Positions 38,098-49,674 of a stretch of 64,000 nucleotides of DNA are shown piece by piece; positions within the stretch are counted from its first letter, which is position 1; every line of letters begins with the position of its first letter. The notes beneath the pieces are model-generated. The model had not been told where the DNA came from and searched no databases. It saw only the letters and a program-made list of their open reading frames with translations. Position numbers and translations under genes: made by a program. The stretch comes from Pocillopora damicornis (lineage: Eukaryota). The stretch lies in assembly GCF_003704095.1 (NCBI RefSeq), contig NW_020844201.1:124001-188000 (forward strand), in the 5' to 3' direction.

Positions 38098-41000
38098 TCA
38101 GAGAGTACCATCCGGATGTGAAGATTGAGAAGGGGCTCTTCGGTCGTTTGACTGTACATTAATAGTCGATTCAGCTGTCTCATAAGGCCTGAATGGAGCT
38201 CTTAGCGCGGATAAAACTCTTTGCAGAAGTGTCAGTTCAGAAGCTCCTGTCGACCTGGATGAGTGTTCACCGATTTCGGTACGGTTTGAGATTCGAGAAC
38301 GAGTGGAAAGGTTTCCTAGAAATACTGACACAGAAGACATAGAGTTCAATGAAACGTTACGCGAGCTGGGTGGATAGTTAATTGCTACATCACTCAATGA
38401 ATCAGAGAGTAAATCAGCAACATTGGACGTAACTGTCGAAGGTGAAGTAGGATACTCAACTTGAGAAACTTTAAACAGACTTGAGGATGACTCTCTTGTT
38501 GAGTCCCTTATTGATGTTGCTTGGGGCTTGTTTTCATACGACAAGCCCCTCCATAGGTTTCTTAGGGATTCTGGTGTAAGCGAAGACACAGATTCTATCT
38601 CCGTCTCACTAGAGGTTTTATCTAAATCGTTAGAATACTTTGATGTTGGATCTATCACTTTCACAACGGGTAATTCTGCATCACCGAATCTTGAAGCAGG
38701 TGCTGAGGGAGAAGACGCCTCCATTTCAAACATTTTCGTCGAACATTGTACATTTGATGGTGAATCAGCTTGCATATAACATTGATCCCTGCTAATTCGA
38801 GCAACCTTAACGGAACTTGGGGGAGTCTCCTTTGTTATATCCCTTGTTGGAACAGCCGAGGGCTCATTTTCACACGACAAGCCCCGCCAAAGGTTCTTCA
38901 GAGATCCTGGGGTGAACGAAGACACAGATTTGAACTCCGTCTCATCCAAGCTAGTGTCTGAAGCGTTGCTGTAGTTAAGTTTTACATCTGTCACTGACCC
39001 AACGGGTGAATCTAGATCACTGATTCGTGATGCAGGTGGTGATAACGTAGGGGATGGCTCACTTTCATACAACGGCGCTGAACATTGTGCAGTTGATGGT
39101 GGTAGATCGGGTNNNNNNNNNNNNNNNNNNNNNNNNNNNNNNNNNNNNNNNNNNNNNNNNNNNNNNNNNNNNNNNNNNNNNNNNNNNNNNNNNNNNNNNN
39201 NNNNNNNNNNNNNNNNNNNNNNNNNNNNNNNNNNNNNNNNNNNNNNNNNNNNNNNNNNNNNNNNNNNNNNNNNNNNNNNNNNNNNNNNNNNNNNNNNNNN
39301 NNNNNNNNNNNNNNNNNNNNNNNNNNNNNNNNNNNNNNNNNNNNNNNNNNNNNNNNNNNNNNNNNNNNNNNNNNNNNNNNNNNNNNNNNNNNNNNNNNNN
39401 NNNNNNNNNNNNNNNNNNNNNNNNNNNNNNNNNNNNNNNNNNNNNNNNNNNNNNNNNNNNNNNNNNNNNNNNNNNNNNACGAAGATACAGATTTGAACTC
39501 CGTCTCATCCAAGCTAGTGTCTGAAGCGTTGCCGTAATTCAGTGTAACATCTGTCACTGAGCCAAAAAGTGAATCAGGATCACTGAATCCTGATGCAGGT
39601 GTTGAAAGCGGAGACGATGGCTCCATTTCATAAAACTGAGGTGGCCAATTTACAGTTGACGATGAATCGTGTTCTCTGTAACTATGATCCATGCTAACTT
39701 GAGGATCTTCACTGTGGCTAGACAAAGGCTCGTTTGCTAGTTTCCTTATTGATACAGCTGAGGGCTCACTTTCATAGCCCAGCCAAAGGTTTCTCAGTGA
39801 TCGTGGCGTAAGTGATGACACAGATTTCCCCCATGTGTCACTAAGACTAGTGTCTAAATCGTTACAGCGGTTAAAAGTAACATCCGTTGCCGAGCCGATG
39901 GGTGAATATACATCACTGAATCTTAATGATGGATCGGGATCCATGTGACAGAGGTCCACGCCAACTGGTGTAGATATGAAAGCTCGAGGCTCTATTTCGG
40001 AAACCTGCTCTGTAGGTTGCAGACTTGACAATAACTTTGGTTCCATGTGACAAAGTTCTACAACTACTTGACAACCCTCTACAAGACGGACCTGTGAGTC
40101 CATTTTACGTAGTTTTGTCGATATGGTCGGTGACTGACTTTCAGACGAAAAAGTACCAGATAGCTCCATTGGAGATCTTGGTGTGCAACTTGTCACAACA
40201 GCACTGTTCATTCCAGAGCAGGTGCGTTTTACATCTTCCATCTGGAGGTGATCGCTAGTACCTCTTAAATACCGTTTCTTTCGCCTTTTCCTAACGGAAA
40301 AAACATAACAAAACAAAAAGCAAAACAAAAAATAAAATGAAGAGAAATTAGTAGCTTTCTTGACGTAATTATTTCCTAGCCCTATCATAAGATCCACGTT
40401 TCACACAGTAAAACTAGACACTGTATTCCATTAAGAGAGCAGCCATAAATTATACCCATCCAAGCTCTTTCATGAACTTTATTTTCATGATAAGGTGAGA
40501 GTAGTAGGCTGATAATCAACGCAATTGTATTCACAAAAGTGCAGACACCCAGTCATCCTTTCCGAAAATTGTCATTCGAAAAATTAATGTCAAAAATAAA
40601 GGATTTTATTTCTAATTACCATAACAGAAGAGCAACGACAGCTAAAACGATGATAAAGACAACGGTACCCACACTTGAACCCACCGCCGTAAGTGCCGAG
40701 CTTCTTTTAGCATCTCCTTTGAGAAAGATACAGAAAACTAGTAATGTGAAGGATAAGCATACTGATGTTTACTTTATCCAAGCGTACATTTTCGGTTAAA
40801 AGTAGAAAGCTTTCGTCTGAATCTTAAATCGATGAACAGGTACAAGGCAATTTTCAGCAACCGCGCCAACAACACTGCCTAAGAAGACTTTTTCATGTGT
40901 GTTCCACCTCAAATATATATATATATATATATATATTGAGAGAGAAACAGCTACTTGCAGCTGACAGATGCTATGGCTGTGAAGTAGATAGACTTTCTCA

Positions 41001-44000
41001 CGCCAGTTATCAAACTCGTCACGAGTCAATCTAGTCGTGACAAATTGGACGAATGGAACAATAAATTTTCAATCGATCTCAGTCCCTGAACTTTCTTTGA
41101 ATTATTCATTAACGAATAATAAAAAAACCACCACAAAATATAGTGTTCGATTTTGTAGCTCTTGATTGTTATTTTAAGACCTAATTATTAGCCTTATAAC
41201 GTTTCATGATGCCCCACAGCATTCTAATGCGTCACAAGTGTAATACAAATATCGTGATGGGATGATTCACTGCACAGATAACCTGTTTCAGTCAGGTGAG
41301 GTTGACAATGTATGAAAGTTACGTAGGAAGAGGAAATCTTAAGTCTAACTTGTTCCCCTACCGTAGAATGACACCCTCACAATCGTTGTGTCTCGTAAAG
41401 CATTTGTGGTAGATGCGTCACGAGCCTCTACGACAAGGACAACAACGTCGCCTGCGGTAAAGGTTATTGGTGCCACGAGAAACAAATCCCCGCTTGAAGA
41501 ATTGATCCAAAATAGCTGCTTTTTATTTCCATCTGTTATTTCAAAGGCCACCTCTGCATTTTCACCAATATCCTTATCACTTGCCTGAAAGAAAAAATAA
41601 CAGCACACTGACTACGACATGAGATTGGGACAAGTTTAATTCTCAGCTCACTTAGTATCTACTTCGATTCATCGGCTTTCTCTTGTTTGTCTGCGTGACT
41701 TTGCGTCAAGATATTTTTTGTTTTATCAACTCAGTTGATAATACAAATTGGCCAACGTTAATTCCAAAGCTGACGTTTTGAGCGTTAGCCCTTTGTCAGA
41801 GGCCTAATATCGAAGACATAGGCCTGCCAGTCTCTTTTAAAAATTTGCCGCCACATAATGAGACTATTTGCCTTGGGTATTTTTGTCGCTCTGCCAGCTT
41901 ACATATCTACACATTCTCACCTAGGAGAAGGTAGTATAGCCTCCATAGTTTTGTTCTCAACATATTTGAACCGTTACCCTTGAGGTTTCACAACAACTTC
42001 GCAGCGTTGTGTAAAAATACGGAGGGGTAGTTGCCAGGATGGCCATGCTCAATAAGAGACGATCTCCAAACAGTGAGTTTGGAACAAAAGGATTCTGACA
42101 GACTTTTACTGGAAAGAATGCCTCATCGCCCAGATAGCAGGCAAGAGCCGCTTAAATTCGCGTTAGAGCAAACAATTCAAAACATTCCGCAATGGGATTG
42201 TACCTTCGTCAATTGGAAAGAATTGCAAAAGATTTTCATAGCAGACTTAGACTTGCAGCTATAGGAAAGATTTAAGATCGACCGATACCATTAAACCCTG
42301 CACAGATGCTACTTCAGTTGTTACACGTCCTAGGTTAATACTCACATTTAAGTTTAACAGTAGACCAGGCTTGGCATGCAGGCTCAGTGAGATGGTGTAC
42401 TCCTCTTTAGCTAGCACTGGCGGATTATCATTGATATCTTCAACAGTAACCAATACTTCTGCATGGCTGTTGTAGGACCCGTTAAGGAAATGAAGACTTG
42501 CCACCACAGTAAACTGGTGAAAGTCAGCAGTCTCACGATCAAGGGCTCTCGCAGTCTTAATCTCACCAGAAATCTGATTCAAATCGAACCTGGAATTTAA
42601 AGCAACACAAAGTTAATTTGTTATATTAGCTCTCAAATCAAGTTCACGATCATGATTGAGAGAGAAAGAAATTTCACGTGTCTGCTTGTCTAAGACGAGA
42701 TACTTGTTGCTCAGAAGAGTATATCTCACAAAGAAACCGTTAGACCGGACAAATAAGAGGTTGTGTGGTTGAAAATTTCTCTCTAAACTTTCAAGACAAA
42801 ATGATATCTTTAAGACGTGCTTACCCACTAAGATGATTGTTGTCAGCGCTAAAACAAGTCATTCACCCCGTTTAACTACTTTATTTGCCACATATCTCCA
42901 GATTAACTTAGAAATGTGGAAACTATTCTCTGATTTGAATTGGAATCAAATCAGACACCAGATGAATCCAAACAAGTTTCCCGAATCTTCAACAAACTAA
43001 TCAATAAACGAGGCAAAGAAATAAAAACAATCCTGATTTACGTTGGGCGTTCAGTTTTAATAACGTTGGTTTGCATTAGCACAGTTGCTGTGATTTCATA
43101 TTCCGGCACAAAAGAAGATTCTTCGAGGCTAAAGGCAACAAAAGGCAAGATTCTTGAAGAGTTGATTCTACTTTGGCTGTAAGACGATACGAAACTGTAC
43201 AGGTTATAGAAAGTTATACAGAGAAGGATGACTAAAAACTTACAAATACTTGGAGTGTTCATTCTTAAAAGAGTACGAGATACTTTCACTCAAACCAGTA
43301 TGGCGATTAACTGCCTAGAGAAAAAAATACCAGAGGATTAAAAAGTAACTTTTGGTTAATGTAAATTGATTGGTTAACAACGTAATTAGCTATTCACCGA
43401 AGTTGAGGTGGCGTAGTGGTGAATATTTACCGAGCCGCGACACGGATATTTGCCCGCAGACATAATCTATTTCAAGATCCGATCAGTTTTCCGAGAGCGG
43501 AGCTCTAGGGAAACTGTGAGCTTCGAGGAACAAATGATGTCCAAGGACGAATACAAGCACGTTTTTGCGCAAAATAGAGGTTAATGTGTTTATTATCCGT
43601 CAAATATTTTTTAACACGCTTGATAAATTGTTTACGAACAGCTTAAGGGAACGGAAACTCGTCACAATTTCCTGGTACACGGGAACTGCTTCGGCGGACT
43701 TACTTCGGACGTCAAGGATCAAATTCAATTTGGTTCCGACAAAAGTTTATTCGTTCATGCCGACAACTTTAATGACCTCTAGCGTACTCAATGATTTAAT
43801 CGCCTCACAGACATCAATGTAATCCCCACACAGTCACCAATGTTATCCCCACACAGTCAGCAATGTAATCGCCACACAGTCACATCTGTAATCACCTCAC
43901 AGTCACTCATGTAGTCCCCCAAAGTCACCAATGTAATCTCCACACAGTCGCCGATGTAATTCCCACAGTAACCGATGTAATCCTTGGTGTAATCCCAACA

Positions 44001-47000
44001 GAGAGAGAGTGATGCAGTCACCACATAGTCACCAATATAATCCCCACACAGTCACCAATACAACCCCACACAGTCACCGATGTAATCCCCACACAGTCAC
44101 CAATGCACTGGCAGACCATACTATGTGTTAGTGGTTAATAATTGTTGACATAAAACGAACAAAATCTATGAGGGTTATGAATAAAGCTCTGAAAATTGCA
44201 CAACTAAATTACATCTCGCTTTGAATATCTCAAGAAAGTTAAATGAAAGTTAAATCGACGCATTTGTGGTATTTTTCAGCCTTCATCGGCCGTTTGAAGC
44301 GTCTTTTATAAAGTTACTTTTGGCTGGAGTCAACGTAATCGAAAAAGCAAAAGCTTCACAACGGGTTGTAGCGAAAACGAGGACTCCCGAAAACAAAGAC
44401 CTAAGACCCGAAAACGAAGACCCCTCATTATCTTTATCAATATTGATAAAGGATGTGATAAAACGCGAACTAAGTGCCAATAAGAACAGTGTTCATTTAT
44501 TAGATTCTTCTTAATACTCACTATACCTTTCTAGTAAACACAAGTTAGATCAAAATGCTAAGTTGACGGCCTTTCAGTTGAATCCACTGACGTCGAAGCC
44601 CGCTATAATTAGTTTTTTCTTTTGCCGGCTCCTTTTCTGTAATTCAAAATTCCGTAAGAAAACCTCTCCAAAGCTTCCTCGGCCTATTTGCTTTTTCACA
44701 TGCAGCCGTTATTGCATGTCCCGCACTGCAGAGGCCACCATGTGCTTTTTGCCTAGAAGCGTTGGCAACCGAAGTGGTGCAGACATTGCGAAAGCCGTTT
44801 TGCCAAAATCAAATAAAGAAGCAGGAAGGAAACCTGCCTTCACGCAATACTGAAAATACTAAACTGTATGACATTTTTCCTGCTAGACCGGCATGTGTGA
44901 AAGAAGAGCAGCGCCGAAGGAAATAAAGCGATCTGCGGTTTAGCGTTTAATGTAAACGTCCGGGATTTCGCTTTTTTTGATTCATGATTTTGAATGATCA
45001 CGTTGCGAGCAAAGAAGTTGCCAAGCTTTTAGCTGTTTTTCATCGGTGAACCCATAAAGCTTGACGCACTTTCCTATATCAATATGGTGAAGGGGTCCTC
45101 GTTTCTGCAACAATCCTTTACAACGTACTTCCTTAAGTGCCATTGCGCTCGTGGTTCTATTGTTTCCTAAATTAACAATATTTGAATAGCATCACAATAG
45201 AAGCGAAAATGGCTCTTTGAAGTTGTCGATTCTACTAAAATACTCCATCTGTTCGGAAGCACTAACTAAGAGGACGGAGATTAAACTCACAGCTTCAAAA
45301 ATAAAAATACATAATTTAGCAACGTAGGATGTAATAGTAATAAGTCAATTAAAATGTCTTCTTATCAATGCGATGTTGGTGTTAAGTTTGAACAAGTGAA
45401 AACAAGGAAAATCATCGTATGAAGAGAGCTAGAAATCATTTAATTTTCCCGTAACATTTGATACCCCACAGTATTAGCTAGGGGATATTCAGTCGTGTGA
45501 TGCGTTTAGACCAATCGCACGCGAGTAAATATATTTGATGGAACATATTATCATATATCGGCAAGTTTGTGATGCGTGATGCGTGTAGACCAATCGCGCG
45601 CGAGCAAATATATTTGATAGAACATAATAACATATAACGGCAAGTTTGTATGTGCCATTGAGTTATTATTGCCATTAATTTATTTACTCGTACTGGCGAA
45701 AGCCTTAAAGAAGATTATACACATCCAGGAGGTTCCTTCTCTAAACTGTAGCACTAAGTGTTTCATCTTTGAGTTTTTTCCTGCATTCCTAACAAGCCAT
45801 CCTTAGTAACTATAAATATACTAACTTGAAGGTAAAATACTGCACAGCAAAACAAATTGCCTGCCTAAACTCCTATTTGTGAGCAGTACCCTTAAGCCGT
45901 GAAACAAGACAAACACTGTAAAAAAACTCTCTCAACTTTTTCTGATTCATTTTCTCAGGATGAGACCCATTAAGCGTAAACTTGATGTGTTTGACCCAGT
46001 TTCCATTGCTCTTTTCTAGGCGGAACTACATAAAACAGTAATGCTTAGAGTATCGTGATTGAAAATACTCCGTAATTCTCAATCGGGCTCAGGAATACAG
46101 CAAAAAAACCATTGTAACGGCATACCTTAATAAATCCAACAGTAAGCCCGCTTTCGCCTTCCCTCACGCTAAATTTGAATGAAGGATCTTCAAATAATGG
46201 AGGGTCAAGGCATCCTGAAAGATCCACAGTCACGGATGCAAGCTCTACCAACTGTGACCTACCGGAATCTTTAGCTGTGACTGAAATCTTATAGAATAAA
46301 TTGTCTTTTAGATACCGCCGCTATCAAAAATAAATAACCCAGGAAAAAACGTCAGCGGATGCAAACAAATACAAATTGGAATATTCCCCTGTGAAATTTC
46401 CAGCTTTTCCATCACCCACTTGCCTGACTTTTAATTTCAATTAAAGGATTAAAAAAAATCCAAAAATTCCTTTCTTTTCCCTCTCCTGAAGGGTAATTAA
46501 AGGATTTTTAAAAATCCAATTTCCTTTCTTTTCACTCTCCTGAAGGGCAATTTGAAGGAGGAGATTGAACATAGTCTAGATATAGCCATTTTAAGTACGC
46601 TTGTTCTGCAGCTAAGTTAAGATCTTAGCTACATGTACCTTGTTTACCAAGGCTGTATTTTTGTTCTGCCCTAGCTTTCAGTAAGAAGCAAAGGATTTGC
46701 AATGGATTCCCTGATTGATTACCATTCTGTCAACCAGTGGTGTGACAGAAACAGTGTATTTCTGCTTTTACAATCAGTTACCTTATGATGGTTTCCTATT
46801 CCTCAAATACACGCTGCTTACTGCAGCAAATCTGGTTAAGCAAACTGTAATGGTAGGTAACAGCTAGAGGAAAATTCAACTACCTCTACAAAATGATATG
46901 TAGCTTCATCTGCCACCAAATTCCTTCTGGTCCGTAGGGTACCAAGATGGTCAACAAAGAATAGCCCCAAGGAATTACATGTTAACACAGCAAAGGACAC

Positions 47001-49674
47001 ATTGGACTGAAACAGACAGAATATTAATCCACTGTTATCTCCAAGAGCTATTAAGAATCACATGAATAAGATTTCAACCACAAATGAAATCACAAGGTCA
47101 CAAAGTGACAATTAAAACTAGACACAAACATTTTAAAAAGTTATTTAGTGAAAAAAGAACTGCCACTTGCCAGCACTCCACTGGAAGTCTGCTATTTGTG
47201 CAAAATTCAACTTCAACCAATTTTCAGTATTATAGTTAATAAAAAAGTGAAATTTAAGTAAACAGTCATTTCCTTAACTATGGCTATTGATGCTTACTAT
47301 ATTGTGCACGCTTGATGTCTGCAAGGCCAACTGCAATACAGCATAGCCTGGTGGAATATTGTGAGTTACATTTGCTTGATAAGAGTGTTGAGATAACAGC
47401 AATTTAGAATCACGACAGGCTTCATTTGCATTACCCACACAGTATGTCACACAGTACTATGAAAAAATAAACATATAAAACCAGTTTAACATTGTGCACA
47501 TTAAAAGTGTGATTTTAGCATTGATGATGAAAAACACTGTATACTTAAAACAATCCACACATGTATGCACTTTGGCTTACTGAAATAAAAAAAAAAAAAA
47601 CAAAGGAATAGAGCATAAGGCATGAGCGTGAAAGGTAAAAGACACAAAGATAGGAAAAATGGTTGGGACAAACTTGAGAGAAGCATTTAGATGACATATT
47701 TATTTTTTTCCATTATTAAAGGGTTTTCAGTTTTTCACCAATGCTCAAATAAAATTTTCATTAAAATGCATGATCTTTACCAAGGTGTCCACAGAAGATT
47801 GATTTGAATCTTTGCTGACTGCCATCAGAAATGTGCCCACATAAGATGCATTTGACTGTATGAAAGAATTATCAAAAACACATTTTTATCATATTTCAGT
47901 CAAAAGTAGTGCTAATTGGTCAGTACTGTACTGGGGAACTCAATAATGTTATATACCAACTAATAATGCTACATACTAATAATGTTATAGACTAACAGTT
48001 TCAAGACATACTACATCTTTAATACACTCTACTTATGAGCTTGGACAGGCGCTTCCTTTAATGGAGGACCCTCTACCATATGTTTGTATATTGTCAAAGA
48101 TAAAGCAATTTTTTGGTGTTCATGAATGTGGCAGATATCAACTGGGTTTCTTCATAAATATCCATTGCCATTCATACCCATTTCAGTGAATTACATATTG
48201 CCATCTATTGTTAACTCCAGTCTATTCTTACCTGTGATATGTTAACAGTTTCTTTGCTGTAAAGATTTCCTGTTTTGTTGCTAAGACCAAAAAACCGATT
48301 ATAGGCAGGATCCTGTTGTACATACCAAATGGTATCTACACTGAAGCTTAAGTTTATGAGTGAACCTTGAGGGAAAGAAAAAATATCAATAAGGTTTTTA
48401 CAATTAATTGCTAATATCTTTAGCAGCAGTTTTTTAGGAGATTGTTTTTCAAGAGTTACTTCTAACCTCAAGGTAAAAAAGAACTTTTAAAATAGTAAGG
48501 CTGTAACAGTGAGGAAAGAAAAATACTGTAATTATAAGGAAGTGAGACAATGTGGTGAAGAAGTTGCATAATGCTGACAGGATCTAATCCAACATTCCTG
48601 TGCTTGCCACTCAAATGTACACAGAAAGCTGTGATAGAGCAAAGATTTTGCACAAGAATCAAACTTGTACTCAAACTCGACCCAGTATATACTTACAGTA
48701 AGTATAAAGTTGTTTCAAACAAACAAGTAAAAAATGATAGCCCTTTCAAAAAATCTACGGCTGTGAATTTGACTTTTTTCTATGGAGATATTTAACCTAG
48801 TATCTGATCAAGATTACCCGCCCCCCTGGATCTTTTTCTCAAGGGATTACTTGCTTCCCTATTCATTTGCAATTCCATGCATCCATGTTAGAGTAGTTAC
48901 ACATGCTGGTTATTCAATACAAGCCAATATAACTGATGGCAACTATAACTATAGTTAATCTCAAAAGGTGTATGTCTCCAAAACTAAAAGGTCCATCAAA
49001 TCGCCCAGTTTCGGGGTAAGTGGCCACCAAAGCATTGTCTCACAGATTACCTTCTGAAAGTCCTCCAGATATAACCAATGTTTCATTCTCAATTGGTATA
49101 TTAGGTTGCAAGTTGCCACCTAGAAAAAATATCACGCTACAAATGAGGTCTTTTTTCGTAAAATGAAAAAAGAGATGGTTTAAAACATACCACAGTTGCA
49201 TAGTTATATACAAAGTAAGAAGCTATTACTGACAGATAAACTTGATTCACCCTAAATAAAAGTATTTCATTACCTTACATGAGAGGCTTTTAATATGTTT
49301 TCAGGCTTATAAAACTAACCAATTCGCCGCTATAAGATTCAGTGAAAATCCTACACGATAGAGACATTTTAGGGAAAGGATCCCCTTTATTTCTAACTCG
49401 TGTAGGTCTCTCATTTGAATACTATTTGACTTGCTCTATTTTAAGTGCAATCTTGGCCATAAAAAATTTCACTTTGCGTAGGTAAGGCTAAATTGGATTA
49501 CAAAGATAACGAAATCCTGATAGCTGGACAATTTACCCGCCTAAAACAAAGTCATTAAGGTGAAGTTCTACGTAAATTAATGCGTTCTAATATCCCGGAC
49601 TTACCTGACTTAAGTGTGGAGTTTAGCTCCAAAATAAAAAGGGACACAACTGCTAACGGGCAGCTCAAACCCAT
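38098..49674 (-). CDS. Cadherin-repeat type I membrane protein (protocadherin-like) with long repetitive Ser-rich cytoplasmic tail
   Basis: Largely phase-consistent exons: 49674-49606 (MGLSCPLAVVSLFIL, signal-like), ~49119-49051, ~48365-48232, ~47856-47782, ~47456-47298, ~47006-46883, ~46321-46126 (YKISVTAKDSG...PPLFE), ~43314-43244, ~43177-43041, ~42589-42347 (GEIKTARALDRE...VEDINDNPP), ~41585-41374 (ASDKDIGENAEV), ~41337-41283, ~40716-40620 (TM helix), ~40290-38098 (WKRRKKR plus tail spanning a gap). Confidence 0.85.
40913..40936. repeat. (AT)n microsatellite
   Basis: About 12 AT units. Confidence 0.9.
41721..41802 (-). mobile_element. Penelope-like element terminal relic with degenerate minimal hammerhead ribozyme
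   Basis: Minus strand CTGACAAAGGGCTAACGCTCAAAACGTCAGC resembles the HHR core CUGAnGA...GAAA...GUC with G>A changes. Confidence 0.6.
43815..44105. repeat. ~23-bp minisatellite
   Basis: About 12 imperfect copies of CACAGTCACCAATGTAATCCCCA. Confidence 0.92.
44363..45116. mobile_element. MITE with 8-bp TSD (hAT-like)
   Basis: TIRs GGGTTGTAGCGAAAACGAGGACTCC and GGGGTCCTCGTTTCTGCAACAATCC; flanks TTCACAAC and TTTACAAC. Confidence 0.75.

Noticed and set aside
38098-38115. C-terminal PDZ-binding motif on the cadherin (HPDGTL)
   Set aside because: Position -2 is Gly, which does not fit canonical class I, II or III ligands.
43815-44105. CRISPR-like array
   Set aside because: Units are contiguous and degenerate with no unique spacers, there are no cas genes, and the context is a eukaryotic intron. 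It is a minisatellite.
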